Shown here piece after piece: positions 27,351 to 36,428 of a DNA stretch of 64,000 nt. Both the position numbers and the translations under genes were made by a program. The notes below the pieces were generated by a model. The model saw only the letters and a program-made list of their open reading frames with translations, did not search any database and was not told where the DNA came from. The DNA is taken from the IMG/VR virus record IMGVR_UViG_3300027704_003386; one strand, given 5' to 3'. Within the stretch, counting starts at the first letter, position 1; every line of letters begins with the position of its first letter. The stretch is from an uncultured virus (IMG/VR IMGVR_UViG_3300027704_003386) (lineage: Duplodnaviria; Heunggongvirae; Uroviricota; Caudoviricetes).

Positions 27351-27358
27351 TACCCCTT
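27331..27358 (-). terminator. rho-independent terminator
   Basis: GGGTAGT-TGTTT-ACTACCC followed by TTTTT. Confidence 0.75.
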
Positions 27359-27366
27359 AGTTTATT

Positions 27367-28260
27367 TTAATATAAAGCATTCCAAGTTGAACCGTTATAA
27401 AAATACGGTTTAATTGGACTACTTGATGATACTGCGAATGCTCCGGCTGCTAATCCTGCAGATGGAAGAGGATGTTGTGGCTGTAATGTTAATACGTTAG
27501 ATGCACTTACGAAAAGTGATGCTGATAGTGGGTATACAGCATTAATATGACCATTATCCTGTATAGTTAGTCTAACAGTTGATCCATATGCTCCTGTTTC
27601 TTGAGTTGCAAATGTTATCTTAGCTCCTGAAGAGCTTACTGCTGATTTTGTTACAGTTCCTGTAATTTGTACAGGTTCAGAATAATCTGTCCAAGTTAGA
27701 GCGTTACCTGTTCTTGTAGAACCTGAGTTTACTACTCTTCCTGCTATTCTAAATATATTATCGCCTACTAGTGCGGGTGATTCAGCTCCTGGTACACCTC
27801 TTGATTTTATAAATACAAAGTTTCCTGCTGACTGGTCAGTTGAAGCTTGGTCAATCCAAATCTCAGATCTATAATTTTTTAACCCAATTTTAGCCGGGTA
27901 CCAGTGATGTTGTCCTATCTCTACAGATCCTGTAATAGATAAACTACCTGTGTGGTTTATTTTTCCTCTAATTAACTGCTCACCTATAAACGTATTACTA
28001 CTAGTTAGTGCGTATTTCGCATTATTAACATAAGATGCGGTAGTTGCGGTAGTTGCTTTTGTAGATACAGATGATGATAGTGCAGTAACAATAGAAGTTA
28101 GCCCAGATCCGTCTCCAACAAATGATCCTGAGAATGATCCTGTAAGGTTATTGAAAGATGCAGAAAGTGCATTTCCAAGTCCATCTTCAAATCTATTATT
28201 AGTCCACTGTACTACTTTTCCGTAGGTATCCTTTATTTTACTTCCTGTTAAATTTGCCAT
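27367..28260 (-). CDS. virion structural / tail-fibre-like protein
   Basis: Gly/Ser/Thr-rich with GSFSGSFVGDGSGLT, MANLTG..IKDTY start and YNGSTW end. Confidence 0.6.
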   Translation of the reverse strand: MANLTGSKIKDTYGKVVQWTNNRFEDGLGNALSASFNNLTGSFSGSFVGDGSGLTSIVTALSSSVSTKATTATTASYVNNAKYALTSSNTFIGEQLIRGKINHTGSLSITGSVEIGQHHWYPAKIGLKNYRSEIWIDQASTDQSAGNFVFIKSRGVPGAESPALVGDNIFRIAGRVVNSGSTRTGNALTWTDYSEPVQITGTVTKSAVSSSGAKITFATQETGAYGSTVRLTIQDNGHINAVYPLSASLFVSASNVLTLQPQHPLPSAGLAAGAFAVSSSSPIKPYFYNGSTWNALY

Positions 28261-28286
28261 GAGTATACTGTATAAAAATAAATAGG

Positions 28287-28403
28287 TTAAAAATTCTTAT
28301 AGGTGAAAGGATCTCTCTTTTTCATTTCAGCTATCCTTTTTTCAAAGTTCTTTTCTCTTTTTCTATTAGCAAAGTATGCTTTTATCTTCTGAATCAAGTT
28401 CAT
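28287..28403 (-). CDS. small basic protein (38 aa), not in the ORF track
   Basis: MNLIQKIKAYFANRKREKNFEKRIAEMKKRDPFTYKNF; KRDPFxY-type peptides often trail phage carbamoyltransferase loci (from recall). Confidence 0.55.
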   Translation of the reverse strand: MNLIQKIKAYFANRKREKNFEKRIAEMKKRDPFTYKNF

Positions 28404-29031
28404 ATATTTGTTTTTTAGTGAAAAACTTAGGTTTTATATTATTTAGTAGTAAAGAAAAAGCTATTCCCATACCTTCACCATTGCCCCTATGGTTATAAAT
28501 AGACTTCTCAAACATACTATTGTACTCTATTATAGGTTTAAGTACCTCTATATACTTAGTAACATTTCTCAACCTACTGTCGTAAGGGATGTAAAATACG
28601 GTTTCTAGTAATGGTCTTAATAAATTTATAGGGAAATCTGCAAGTTTTAAGTAGTCTGTTAATTTGTCCCAATAGGAACCATTTATATCTGTATCTTTCC
28701 ATATAGAATTGCCGTAGTCCCAGTACCCTACAAAACAATAATCGTCACTTCCTTTAAAATGCTGGTGGAAGTCTGGTGTCATTGCATGTATTTTATTAGC
28801 ATCAACAAAAAGTACTCCTTGTTTTTCTTTTAACGCTAATTGAAATGCATATATCAACTTATCGTAGTATGAAAATATAATATTATTATAGGTTGTAGTA
28901 TCGTATTCCTTGAACCGTTCGGGATCATCGGTTAACACTCTAATATCGTATATTTTTCTATCTAATATCTTTAATAGTTTTTCAGCTGATTCTGTATACG
29001 GTTTATTTATTGCAGTTGTAGCTAAAATCAT
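28366..29031 (-). CDS. glycosyltransferase-like hypothetical protein
   Basis: VLTDDPERF, DKL and VLFVDAN resemble a GT-A fold. Confidence 0.4.
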   Translation of the reverse strand: MILATTAINKPYTESAEKLLKILDRKIYDIRVLTDDPERFKEYDTTTYNNIIFSYYDKLIYAFQLALKEKQGVLFVDANKIHAMTPDFHQHFKGSDDYCFVGYWDYGNSIWKDTDINGSYWDKLTDYLKLADFPINLLRPLLETVFYIPYDSRLRNVTKYIEVLKPIIEYNSMFEKSIYNHRGNGEGMGIAFSLLLNNIKPKFFTKKQIYELDSEDKSILC

Positions 29032-30689
29032 GTTTTTCTGATTAAAAAGTTACCTATAACTAAAAAATTAATTTTAGAAGATATAAACCTCTCTATTGCC
29101 TGTTTTGGAGTCATCGTAATAGTTTGGTCTTTTAGGTTAAAAGATGTATTAAGTACTACTGCTTTATTTGATAACCTACCTACTTGTTTAATAAGGTCAT
29201 AATATCTTTTATTTTGAGCTTGTGTTACAGTGTGTACTCTACAGCTACCGTCTATATGTGTTGCTGCAGGTAGGTATTTAGTTTTAGCTTGTACTACTTG
29301 ATTCATATAGGGAATATTCTCTTTCACGTGGAACCACATGGAGGCCTCTTCCTCTATAACAGACGGAGCAAAGGGTCTAAATCCTTCTCGTTCTTTAATA
29401 ATAAGGTTGAGTCTTTGTCTCATTTCTGGATCTGATGGAGAGGCTAGGATACTTCTATTACCTAAAGCTCTAGCTCCAAATTCCATTCTACCTTGGAACC
29501 ATGCTACTATATTTTGATTATTAATTAACTCAGCAGTTTTTTGAATTAATTTTGAATCAGATAGTTTAAATGCCTGAATATGCTCTTTATAGTTCTGTAT
29601 CTCTTTGGAAATTTCTTTATTACTGTATTCTGGTCCTAAGAATGGATTTGAATTTTCTTCCCTTTTTAACTCCGTTGAAATATTACTAAAGCAAGCTCCA
29701 ATTGCTGATCCAGCATCTGATGGAGCATTAGGGATATGGATAGACTTAAAGTACTTATAAGCAAGTGTATTAGCTACACCATTATACGCACAGCCTCCTC
29801 CTAAACATAAGTTATTTGATTTAGTTAAGTATTTTGTTCTTTCTACAAGTTTTAAAAACTGTATCTCATATATTTTTTGTAATGCTGCTGCTAAATCTTT
29901 ATGTTCTTGAGTAACTTTTTCTTCAGGTAATCTAGGAGGTAGATCTAAAAGTGAAGCTAGTTTTTTATTAAACATAATTTTATCTGAGTATTCCCATGTA
30001 AAGTACTTCTGTTTAATATAGAATTTATTAGTAGTATTTTCAAATACACTAGCTAACTTCTCTTTATACCTGCTTGGGTCTCCATAAGGTGCTAATCCCA
30101 TAACTTTATACTCGCCTTCATTAGGTTTAAAGCCTAGAAACGAAGTAATAGTTGAGTAAAACATACCTAGTGAATTAGGGAAATCAATTGAAACTTTCTT
30201 TTCTATTCTATTACCTATACCTAATGATACAGTAGCTGTTTCCCATTCTCCTACTCCATCAATAGTTAAAATTGCTGAATCAATATAAGGAGAGGTATAG
30301 TAACTATAAGCAGCATGAGAAGCATGGTGAGGAGTATATACAATCTCTCCGGTGAATCCCATATTCTGTAAAAGCAACTTAATATCGTGTATTTTTTGCT
30401 CTTTAAGAAACTTTCGTCTTTGAAAATACGTCCTAAAAAATTTCTTATTAAACGTAGTAAGTACTCTATCTTTTTTAATAATTGGGTCTTCATACCAGCA
30501 TACTTGATCTATATCTTTTATGGTTAGTCCTTCTTCTTCTAAACAGAAGTTTATAGCATTAATTGGGAAAGATAAGTCATGTTTAATTTCAGTAAATCTT
30601 TCTTCCTCTACTGCTACTTTGACTTTTCCGTCAATTAGTATACAAGCTGCAGCGTCGTGATAAAATGCGGATATTCCTAATTGCTTCAT
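29028..30689 (-). CDS. carbamoyltransferase (NodU/CmcH family)
   Basis: HDAAAC, EEERF, HHASHAAY, DGVGE, EYKVMGLAPYG, EFGARALGNRS, RPFAP and LNTSFN. Confidence 0.95.
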   Translation of the reverse strand: MKQLGISAFYHDAAACILIDGKVKVAVEEERFTEIKHDLSFPINAINFCLEEEGLTIKDIDQVCWYEDPIIKKDRVLTTFNKKFFRTYFQRRKFLKEQKIHDIKLLLQNMGFTGEIVYTPHHASHAAYSYYTSPYIDSAILTIDGVGEWETATVSLGIGNRIEKKVSIDFPNSLGMFYSTITSFLGFKPNEGEYKVMGLAPYGDPSRYKEKLASVFENTTNKFYIKQKYFTWEYSDKIMFNKKLASLLDLPPRLPEEKVTQEHKDLAAALQKIYEIQFLKLVERTKYLTKSNNLCLGGGCAYNGVANTLAYKYFKSIHIPNAPSDAGSAIGACFSNISTELKREENSNPFLGPEYSNKEISKEIQNYKEHIQAFKLSDSKLIQKTAELINNQNIVAWFQGRMEFGARALGNRSILASPSDPEMRQRLNLIIKEREGFRPFAPSVIEEEASMWFHVKENIPYMNQVVQAKTKYLPAATHIDGSCRVHTVTQAQNKRYYDLIKQVGRLSNKAVVLNTSFNLKDQTITMTPKQAIERFISSKINFLVIGNFLIRKT

Positions 30690-31729
30690 AACAGTTCTGA
30701 GAAATTATTGTGAACTTTATCTTGTGGTAAAATTCTTTTTATAGTATTAACGAAATCTTCATGGTTTCTATGGGAAGTATCAAATATATTATGCTCTTTA
30801 AATTCTTCTTCACTAAAAGTACCCCAATTAATAAGTCTACTAAAGTAAATATCCGATTTTTCTTTACATATACCAACTATTAGCTCAATAAAGTCTTCCA
30901 TTTCATGATAATTACTATTTTGCACAACAAAAGAGGTTTTTATATGTTTTAAGGTAGGAATGGTGTATATATAGTTTAAATTACTTATAAGTTCTTTCCA
31001 TTTTCCTCCTAACCTTACTTTATTTTCATAAGTATTTTGAGTAGCTGCATCAATTGATACCTCAGTGCTCTTTACGTATTCATGTACGTTAGACATACTA
31101 TTCCACATTTTTTTATTCCACTTAGTAGCGTTAGTATGAAGGTGTATCCAGTAGAGATTTGGATACTTACTTTTATCGAAGTTCTTTAAGAAGTTTCTAA
31201 ATCCTACTGATACGAAAGGATCACCGGTTCCTGTTAAAGACAGTAGTTGTACGTACTCTCCTAAACTCTCTTCTATCTCTTCTATAGTCTTTTGTACTTT
31301 AGTTATAGTTGACTTATTAGCAGTAATAATTTCCACTCTGCAGGTAGGGCATTTTAAATTGCAGGTATAATCAAAGGAATATTGAACCGTATTAGGGTAT
31401 ATAGGTTTACCTTGTTTATAGTCGTTAATTGTATTTTGTAAAGTATCAGGTAGCTTCCCTCTGTCTACCATTGGACGGATCACTTTAGGTGCAGTTTTGT
31501 CTCTTAAGCCGGAAAGTAGTGAACAAAGATTTTCATCACAGTACCTATAAGAACCATCGAGAATAGAATCTCGAATTTCATTCGCTTCTTTAGAGTTCCA
31601 AGCTTCTAATGGTGATATGTTTTCTGGTAATTTTTTGCTAACCCAAGCAGGGCAACATAAAAAACTTGTTTTATCATGGACTTCTAAATTTACGAAAGGA
31701 TTTGCACATATATAATCCTTTTTATTCAT
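30686..31729 (-). CDS. radical SAM protein with N-terminal SPASM/twitch-like Cys domain
   Basis: CNLKCPTC, GTGDPF and HTN; N-terminal C.NPF...CC...W..C...C. Confidence 0.85.
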   Translation of the reverse strand: MNKKDYICANPFVNLEVHDKTSFLCCPAWVSKKLPENISPLEAWNSKEANEIRDSILDGSYRYCDENLCSLLSGLRDKTAPKVIRPMVDRGKLPDTLQNTINDYKQGKPIYPNTVQYSFDYTCNLKCPTCRVEIITANKSTITKVQKTIEEIEESLGEYVQLLSLTGTGDPFVSVGFRNFLKNFDKSKYPNLYWIHLHTNATKWNKKMWNSMSNVHEYVKSTEVSIDAATQNTYENKVRLGGKWKELISNLNYIYTIPTLKHIKTSFVVQNSNYHEMEDFIELIVGICKEKSDIYFSRLINWGTFSEEEFKEHNIFDTSHRNHEDFVNTIKRILPQDKVHNNFSELL

Positions 31730-32498
31730 GTATAAAGTATAAATCTTTACTTATAAATAACTTTATATAGTCATTTAAATCTTTTTGTTTAAAATGAGTT
31801 TCAAATTTTGCGTTAGATACTAAAGGCTCATACTTCTTAATATAAGCCTCTAGCGTTGTACCTTGATTTAAAAAATAATGCATTACAGGCGTTTCATCGC
31901 TTACTATTTCAATATCTTCTTCTTGATTTATTCTAATAAATTCCTCAGCTATGCTTAGATCTGAGCAGTATACAAAGGATGTGTTAGGAACTACTACGTT
32001 GTTTGCCCATTGCCAATTATATTTCTGGAGTACAGATTGGTGTTTATGTAAGTATTTTATATCTTCCCTGCTTATATCTTTCCATTCTTTAAGAACATAC
32101 TCTTCGTAGTTATTAGGAAAACAATAAAGAGGTATTTGAAGTTTACTGTTTTGCTCTTCTAACCTACTATAAAAATTAAAATCAAGTGGTTTCTGTTGGT
32201 AAATATCCCAGTCAAGAAATATAATTTGTTCGTATAGCTCTACTCCAGTCTTTATAGCTACAAGCTTATGCAGGAAAAAAGTATGTGATTCATAGAAGTA
32301 GTGTGTTCCGTACTCATAAGGATCTTTAGACATTAATATAGCTTCATACCCAAAAGATTTAATAAAATCATAATTGCTTTCGCCCCATACGAACACTACT
32401 TCATCAAATCTTTGTTCTTTAGAGCATCTTATAATTTCTTTTCTTGGTTTACTATCATGATGTTCTAAATCTCCCCATAGGGCTCTAATAAATTTCAT
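31722..32498 (-). CDS. glycosyltransferase-like hypothetical protein
   Basis: HKL...IIFLDWD (DxD) and PNTSF. Confidence 0.45.
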   Translation of the reverse strand: MKFIRALWGDLEHHDSKPRKEIIRCSKEQRFDEVVFVWGESNYDFIKSFGYEAILMSKDPYEYGTHYFYESHTFFLHKLVAIKTGVELYEQIIFLDWDIYQQKPLDFNFYSRLEEQNSKLQIPLYCFPNNYEEYVLKEWKDISREDIKYLHKHQSVLQKYNWQWANNVVVPNTSFVYCSDLSIAEEFIRINQEEDIEIVSDETPVMHYFLNQGTTLEAYIKKYEPLVSNAKFETHFKQKDLNDYIKLFISKDLYFIHE

Positions 32499-32526
32499 AT
32501 GATAGATTTAAGTATTTCCCAATAAT

Positions 32527-33342
32527 TTAAGAATAACCTAATTCTGCAGCAGTACTGTAGTCGACTAGTATTTTTTCTACATGTGCTTTCGCAACATTAT
32601 AATCAACCGGTCCAGTTTCGTTCTCGTACTGTACAGGGTCATCCACACCGAGTGCGATAAAAGCTTCAATCCTTTCAACAGATGATGCTGATTTGTAATC
32701 GCTATTACCGCTAGGATAGGGCTTATAAGAAGTATTAGTACGTTTGTACACTTCATTAAAAACAATTCCGAGCTCTTCAACCAATTGTTGTCCATCTTTT
32801 AATATTCCAAATTTGTCTGTTTCTAAATAAGGTGTAAAATACCCTACCTTATCTGCTTCCCAATTACCTAATCTAAAGGCATTGTCATCTGCATCTCTAA
32901 ACTCTTGTCTACAGTCTGGATATACTGCATGATCACCTGCATGTATACCTAATGCAATATCTGTATTATTACCATTAGCCATTGCTTCTGATAGAGCTAC
33001 TGCTTGTACTAACGAAGCAAATATTTTGTTTCTATTAGGTACTACTGTAGCTTTCATGTTATCCTGTTCATAATGACCTTCAGGTACATCTGCTCCTCCT
33101 TCAGTAAGTGCTGAATTTAGTAAGTTTACTAATCCGTCTAGTTTAATTACCTGGTACTTGATACCAAAATCTTTCTCATTTAGGTAATCTACTAACGATT
33201 GTGCTCTTTCAAGCTCTACTTTATGCTTTTGACCGTAATCGAAAGATATTGCAGTTACATTGTCATACTCTGATAAACATCTGAGTAGTAAAGTAGAGGA
33301 ATCCATCCCTCCCGATAAGGATATTACAACATTTTTTGCCAT
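32527..33342 (-). CDS. queC: 7-cyano-7-deazaguanine synthase
   Basis: SLSGGMDS, FDYGQKH..E, TVVPNRN.IF and HAGDHAVYPDCR. Confidence 0.93.
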   Translation of the reverse strand: MAKNVVISLSGGMDSSTLLLRCLSEYDNVTAISFDYGQKHKVELERAQSLVDYLNEKDFGIKYQVIKLDGLVNLLNSALTEGGADVPEGHYEQDNMKATVVPNRNKIFASLVQAVALSEAMANGNNTDIALGIHAGDHAVYPDCRQEFRDADDNAFRLGNWEADKVGYFTPYLETDKFGILKDGQQLVEELGIVFNEVYKRTNTSYKPYPSGNSDYKSASSVERIEAFIALGVDDPVQYENETGPVDYNVAKAHVEKILVDYSTAAELGYS

Positions 33343-33397
33343 TTGTATAAATTTAATTTTTGCCAGGTATTAATAAGGATATAGGCGAATCCTATTT

Positions 33398-33700
33398 TTA
33401 AAAGTTAAATCTACTACTTATCTCGTTATGTATAGTTTCATATCTATTAACATATTGATTTAAATCGTATACTTTACTTTCTCCATTATTAAGTCTCTCT
33501 TTTACTACTGTTTTTAAAGCAGCATTGAAGTTAGAAGGGTAGCTAATAGTTTTAATATACTCTGTTTTATTCTCTCCCTTAATAACTCTTTCGTAGACTG
33601 TATAACCTCCTGATTGAGATTTAGCAATAAAAAAAGGTTCCATTACTTTATCTTGTATAACTGTATCCCCAGAAGGAATACTATTTGGGTTTCTTAACAT
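33398..33700 (-). CDS. hypothetical protein
   Basis: ORF in the operon. Confidence 0.55.
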   Translation of the reverse strand: MLRNPNSIPSGDTVIQDKVMEPFFIAKSQSGGYTVYERVIKGENKTEYIKTISYPSNFNAALKTVVKERLNNGESKVYDLNQYVNRYETIHNEISSRFNF

Positions 33701-33704
33701 ATTA

Positions 33705-33965
33705 TTACGTGTTTATTAGTTTAATTAATGCATTTTTATCTAATCTACCTTGTACTAAATTAACTCTATTATCCTCTTTAATTATTAAAGTAGCAGGAAT
33801 ATTAGAGACTTTATATTTAGCAGCAAAACCTGTAGTATCTTTATCAATATTTACTTCAGAAAATTCATGTTCATCTTTTAACTCTTCTGCAACTATACTA
33901 AAAGTCTTCGCATACAGTTTACAGGGGCCACACCAATTGGCGTATACTTTAATTACCTTTGCCAT
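33705..33965 (-). CDS. thioredoxin
   Basis: WCGPC and cis-Pro IPATL; near the RNR genes. Confidence 0.9.
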   Translation of the reverse strand: MAKVIKVYANWCGPCKLYAKTFSIVAEELKDEHEFSEVNIDKDTTGFAAKYKVSNIPATLIIKEDNRVNLVQGRLDKNALIKLINT

Positions 33966-33970
33966 AATTA

Positions 33971-34099
33971 TTATTTTTTATTGTAAGTGTCTGCTTTAGA
34001 GAAGCGTTTTTGTCTACTTTCAGTTTTAACAGTTGGTCTATTTACTGCTAACCATTCTTTGAGTTGAGTAATTCTTTGTTTTGCGGAGTTTCTTGACAT
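33971..34099 (-). CDS. small basic protein (42 aa), not in the ORF track
   Basis: MSRNSAKQRITQLKEWL...KADTYNKK, just behind the promoter at 34124-34153. Confidence 0.55.
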   Translation of the reverse strand: MSRNSAKQRITQLKEWLAVNRPTVKTESRQKRFSKADTYNKK

Positions 34100-34148
34100 A
34101 TTTATAACTTATTTGTTTATATTAATATACGAAATAATTATTAATCTA

Positions 34149-34682
34149 TCAACTAAATCTACCGTAAAATTGACTTGATCCAGTAAATGTAGTTAAAGTG
34201 ATAGATAGTGGGTTATCTGTAGATACTGCTGAACCTCCTGAACTTGCATGAAACCATCCACCAAAGGTTGTTGGATATACTGGGTTAGCTTTTATAGTAA
34301 AGTTAGGATATGTATTAAAATTAACTTTTTGAGCAATTGAACTAGTAACTGGTCCGGCTGCAATGGGATAGGTTACTTCAACAGTAGAGTTCCTACCGCT
34401 TGAATCTGTAGCAAATACATCAAAGTATCTAGTTGCAGGGTTAGCATTTCCTATAACATTTAAACTACCAGTTGTATTAATACATGCATTGTCTTTTGAT
34501 CGTCCCCAAAATACATTATAAGCATCAGGTATATCATTTATTGTAACGCCTGAACCTGTTAATGCTGAAGCAGAAACTATCGTTATTAGGTTACTAGCAG
34601 TAATAGCAGTATGGTATATTTCTATAGTTGTTAAATCGAAACCTAATGATCCACTTTCTCGTATGTTAATTGACTTGCTCAT
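34149..34682 (-). CDS. beta-rich, probably virion-associated protein
   Basis: Ser/Thr/Gly-rich, FGGW...STDNP motif; TATTTATA motif immediately upstream. Confidence 0.45.
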   Translation of the reverse strand: MSKSINIRESGSLGFDLTTIEIYHTAITASNLITIVSASALTGSGVTINDIPDAYNVFWGRSKDNACINTTGSLNVIGNANPATRYFDVFATDSSGRNSTVEVTYPIAAGPVTSSIAQKVNFNTYPNFTIKANPVYPTTFGGWFHASSGGSAVSTDNPLSITLTTFTGSSQFYGRFS

Positions 34683-34704
34683 ATAATATAAATAGCTTAT
34701 TTAT

Positions 34705-36420
34705 TTAACCATCACAGCTTAAACAGTTCTCATCCGTTCTACTTCCAATGTCTCCGTTGATTACACTATCAGTACGTAGGTAATATAGTGTTTTTATTCC
34801 TAATCTCCAAGCTGTTTGATGTACTTCGTTAATAAACTTAGGACTATCCGTAGGATCGAAAGCTAAATTAAGAGATTGTGTTTGATCTATATACTTTTGT
34901 CTAGCTGCTGCCTGTTCTACTAACTGCAATTGATTTATTTCTGCAAAAGTAAGAAATATAGGTTTATCTTCATGTGGCATAACACTTTCAGGTAGATTAG
35001 CTATAGACCCTCTATCTTTCATTATTTGATCCCATACTTCTTCTGTGTTTGATCCTTTTCCTTCAAGGTAAGACTCTAAAGCTGAGTTTTTTCTTATAAA
35101 TGTTCCTTTAGCTGAATTAAACGTAAATATGTTAGCTGGTATTGGTTCGATTCCTGCAGATATTCCTCCTACGATCGTACTATTAGAAACTGTTGGTGCT
35201 ATAGCTAGAGTATGGGTATTTCTCATTCCAGTTCCTCTACACCAAAGAGGTTCCCCGTACTCGTCTGCTAACTTTCTTGAAGCTGCTTCTGATTGGTTTT
35301 TTATTTGTGAAAATATCTGATGAGTATAAGAGGTAGCAGCTAAAGATGCGAAAGGAATTCTTTCGTTCTGTAAGAATGTATGCCATCCCAGTACTCCGAG
35401 TCCAATAGCTCTTCCTTTTTTAGCTGATCTTGCTGCTCTTACTAGTGATTCTCTTCCTGATACTTTATCAAGAAACTCTTCTAGTACTCCGTCTAAAAAG
35501 TATATAGCAGTTTCTATTAAATCGCTATTTTTCCATTCATGCCATTTAGTTAGATTAACTGAAGATAAACAGCATATAAACGAATGCTCTTCGTCTGTGT
35601 GGAGTGTAATCTCTGAGCATATATTAGTCATACTTACATCCAAGTTGTTCTTTTTATATGCAGCAGGATTTGCATTATTAACATTATCCTTAAACATAAT
35701 ATAGGGTTCACCTGTTTCCATTCGAGACTTCAGTATAGTCACCCATAATTCCATTGCATCAGGGTCTCTATGCTCTAATTTTTGCATATATGTATCATCC
35801 ACTACAACACATTGATGTAGGTTTAGACACTGTCTATTAGGGTCTCCTTTAGGTCTTCTTATCTCTAGAAACTCTTTAATATCTGGATGATTAATGTCTA
35901 GGTTTACAGAAGCGGCTCCTCTTCTTACTGCACCTTGATTAGTTGCAATAATAGTAGAATCATAAATCTTTGCCCAAGGAATAACTCCTTCTGATTGTCC
36001 TATTCCTTCTCTTCCGATCTGTTCTCCTCTACCTCTTACTTTAGATAGTCCAATTCCAACTCCTCCTCCTAAAGAAGTAAGTCTCATTAGTTCAGCATTA
36101 GTAAGACCTATTCCTCTTATTGAATCTGGGGTATCTATACCGAAACAAGAGATTGGGAGTCCCTTATCTGTACCGGTATTAGATAAAACAGGTGAGGCTA
36201 AGTTCAACCAACCTTTCCACATATAGCGGAAAAACTTATTCGCTAGATCAGGTCGATCTAATCTTTTGGCAATTGTATCTGCAACACGTTTATATGCCTT
36301 TTTTGGAGTTTCGTCCGGTAGTAAGTAACCTTTCGATATTGTTGCTAATGAAACTTCATTCATCCACTCAGGATAATCTTTACCTACCTCCCAAGTTGCA
36401 GTGTCTACGTCTATTCCCAT
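34705..36420 (-). CDS. nrdA: ribonucleotide reductase class I alpha subunit (short, no ATP cone seen)
   Basis: LPISCF, GGGVG, ETGEPY, TNICSEI, APTVSNS, KTLYY and C-terminal CLSC. Confidence 0.95.
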   Translation of the reverse strand: MGIDVDTATWEVGKDYPEWMNEVSLATISKGYLLPDETPKKAYKRVADTIAKRLDRPDLANKFFRYMWKGWLNLASPVLSNTGTDKGLPISCFGIDTPDSIRGIGLTNAELMRLTSLGGGVGIGLSKVRGRGEQIGREGIGQSEGVIPWAKIYDSTIIATNQGAVRRGAASVNLDINHPDIKEFLEIRRPKGDPNRQCLNLHQCVVVDDTYMQKLEHRDPDAMELWVTILKSRMETGEPYIMFKDNVNNANPAAYKKNNLDVSMTNICSEITLHTDEEHSFICCLSSVNLTKWHEWKNSDLIETAIYFLDGVLEEFLDKVSGRESLVRAARSAKKGRAIGLGVLGWHTFLQNERIPFASLAATSYTHQIFSQIKNQSEAASRKLADEYGEPLWCRGTGMRNTHTLAIAPTVSNSTIVGGISAGIEPIPANIFTFNSAKGTFIRKNSALESYLEGKGSNTEEVWDQIMKDRGSIANLPESVMPHEDKPIFLTFAEINQLQLVEQAAARQKYIDQTQSLNLAFDPTDSPKFINEVHQTAWRLGIKTLYYLRTDSVINGDIGSRTDENCLSCDG

Positions 36421-36428
36421 AATTTATT

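Noticed and set aside
8698..33342. Bacterial chromosome or host contamination (metK, apt, groESL, que genes)
   Set aside because: These genes share the strand, packing and promoter motifs of the tail and replication genes and are interleaved with phage-type ORFs.
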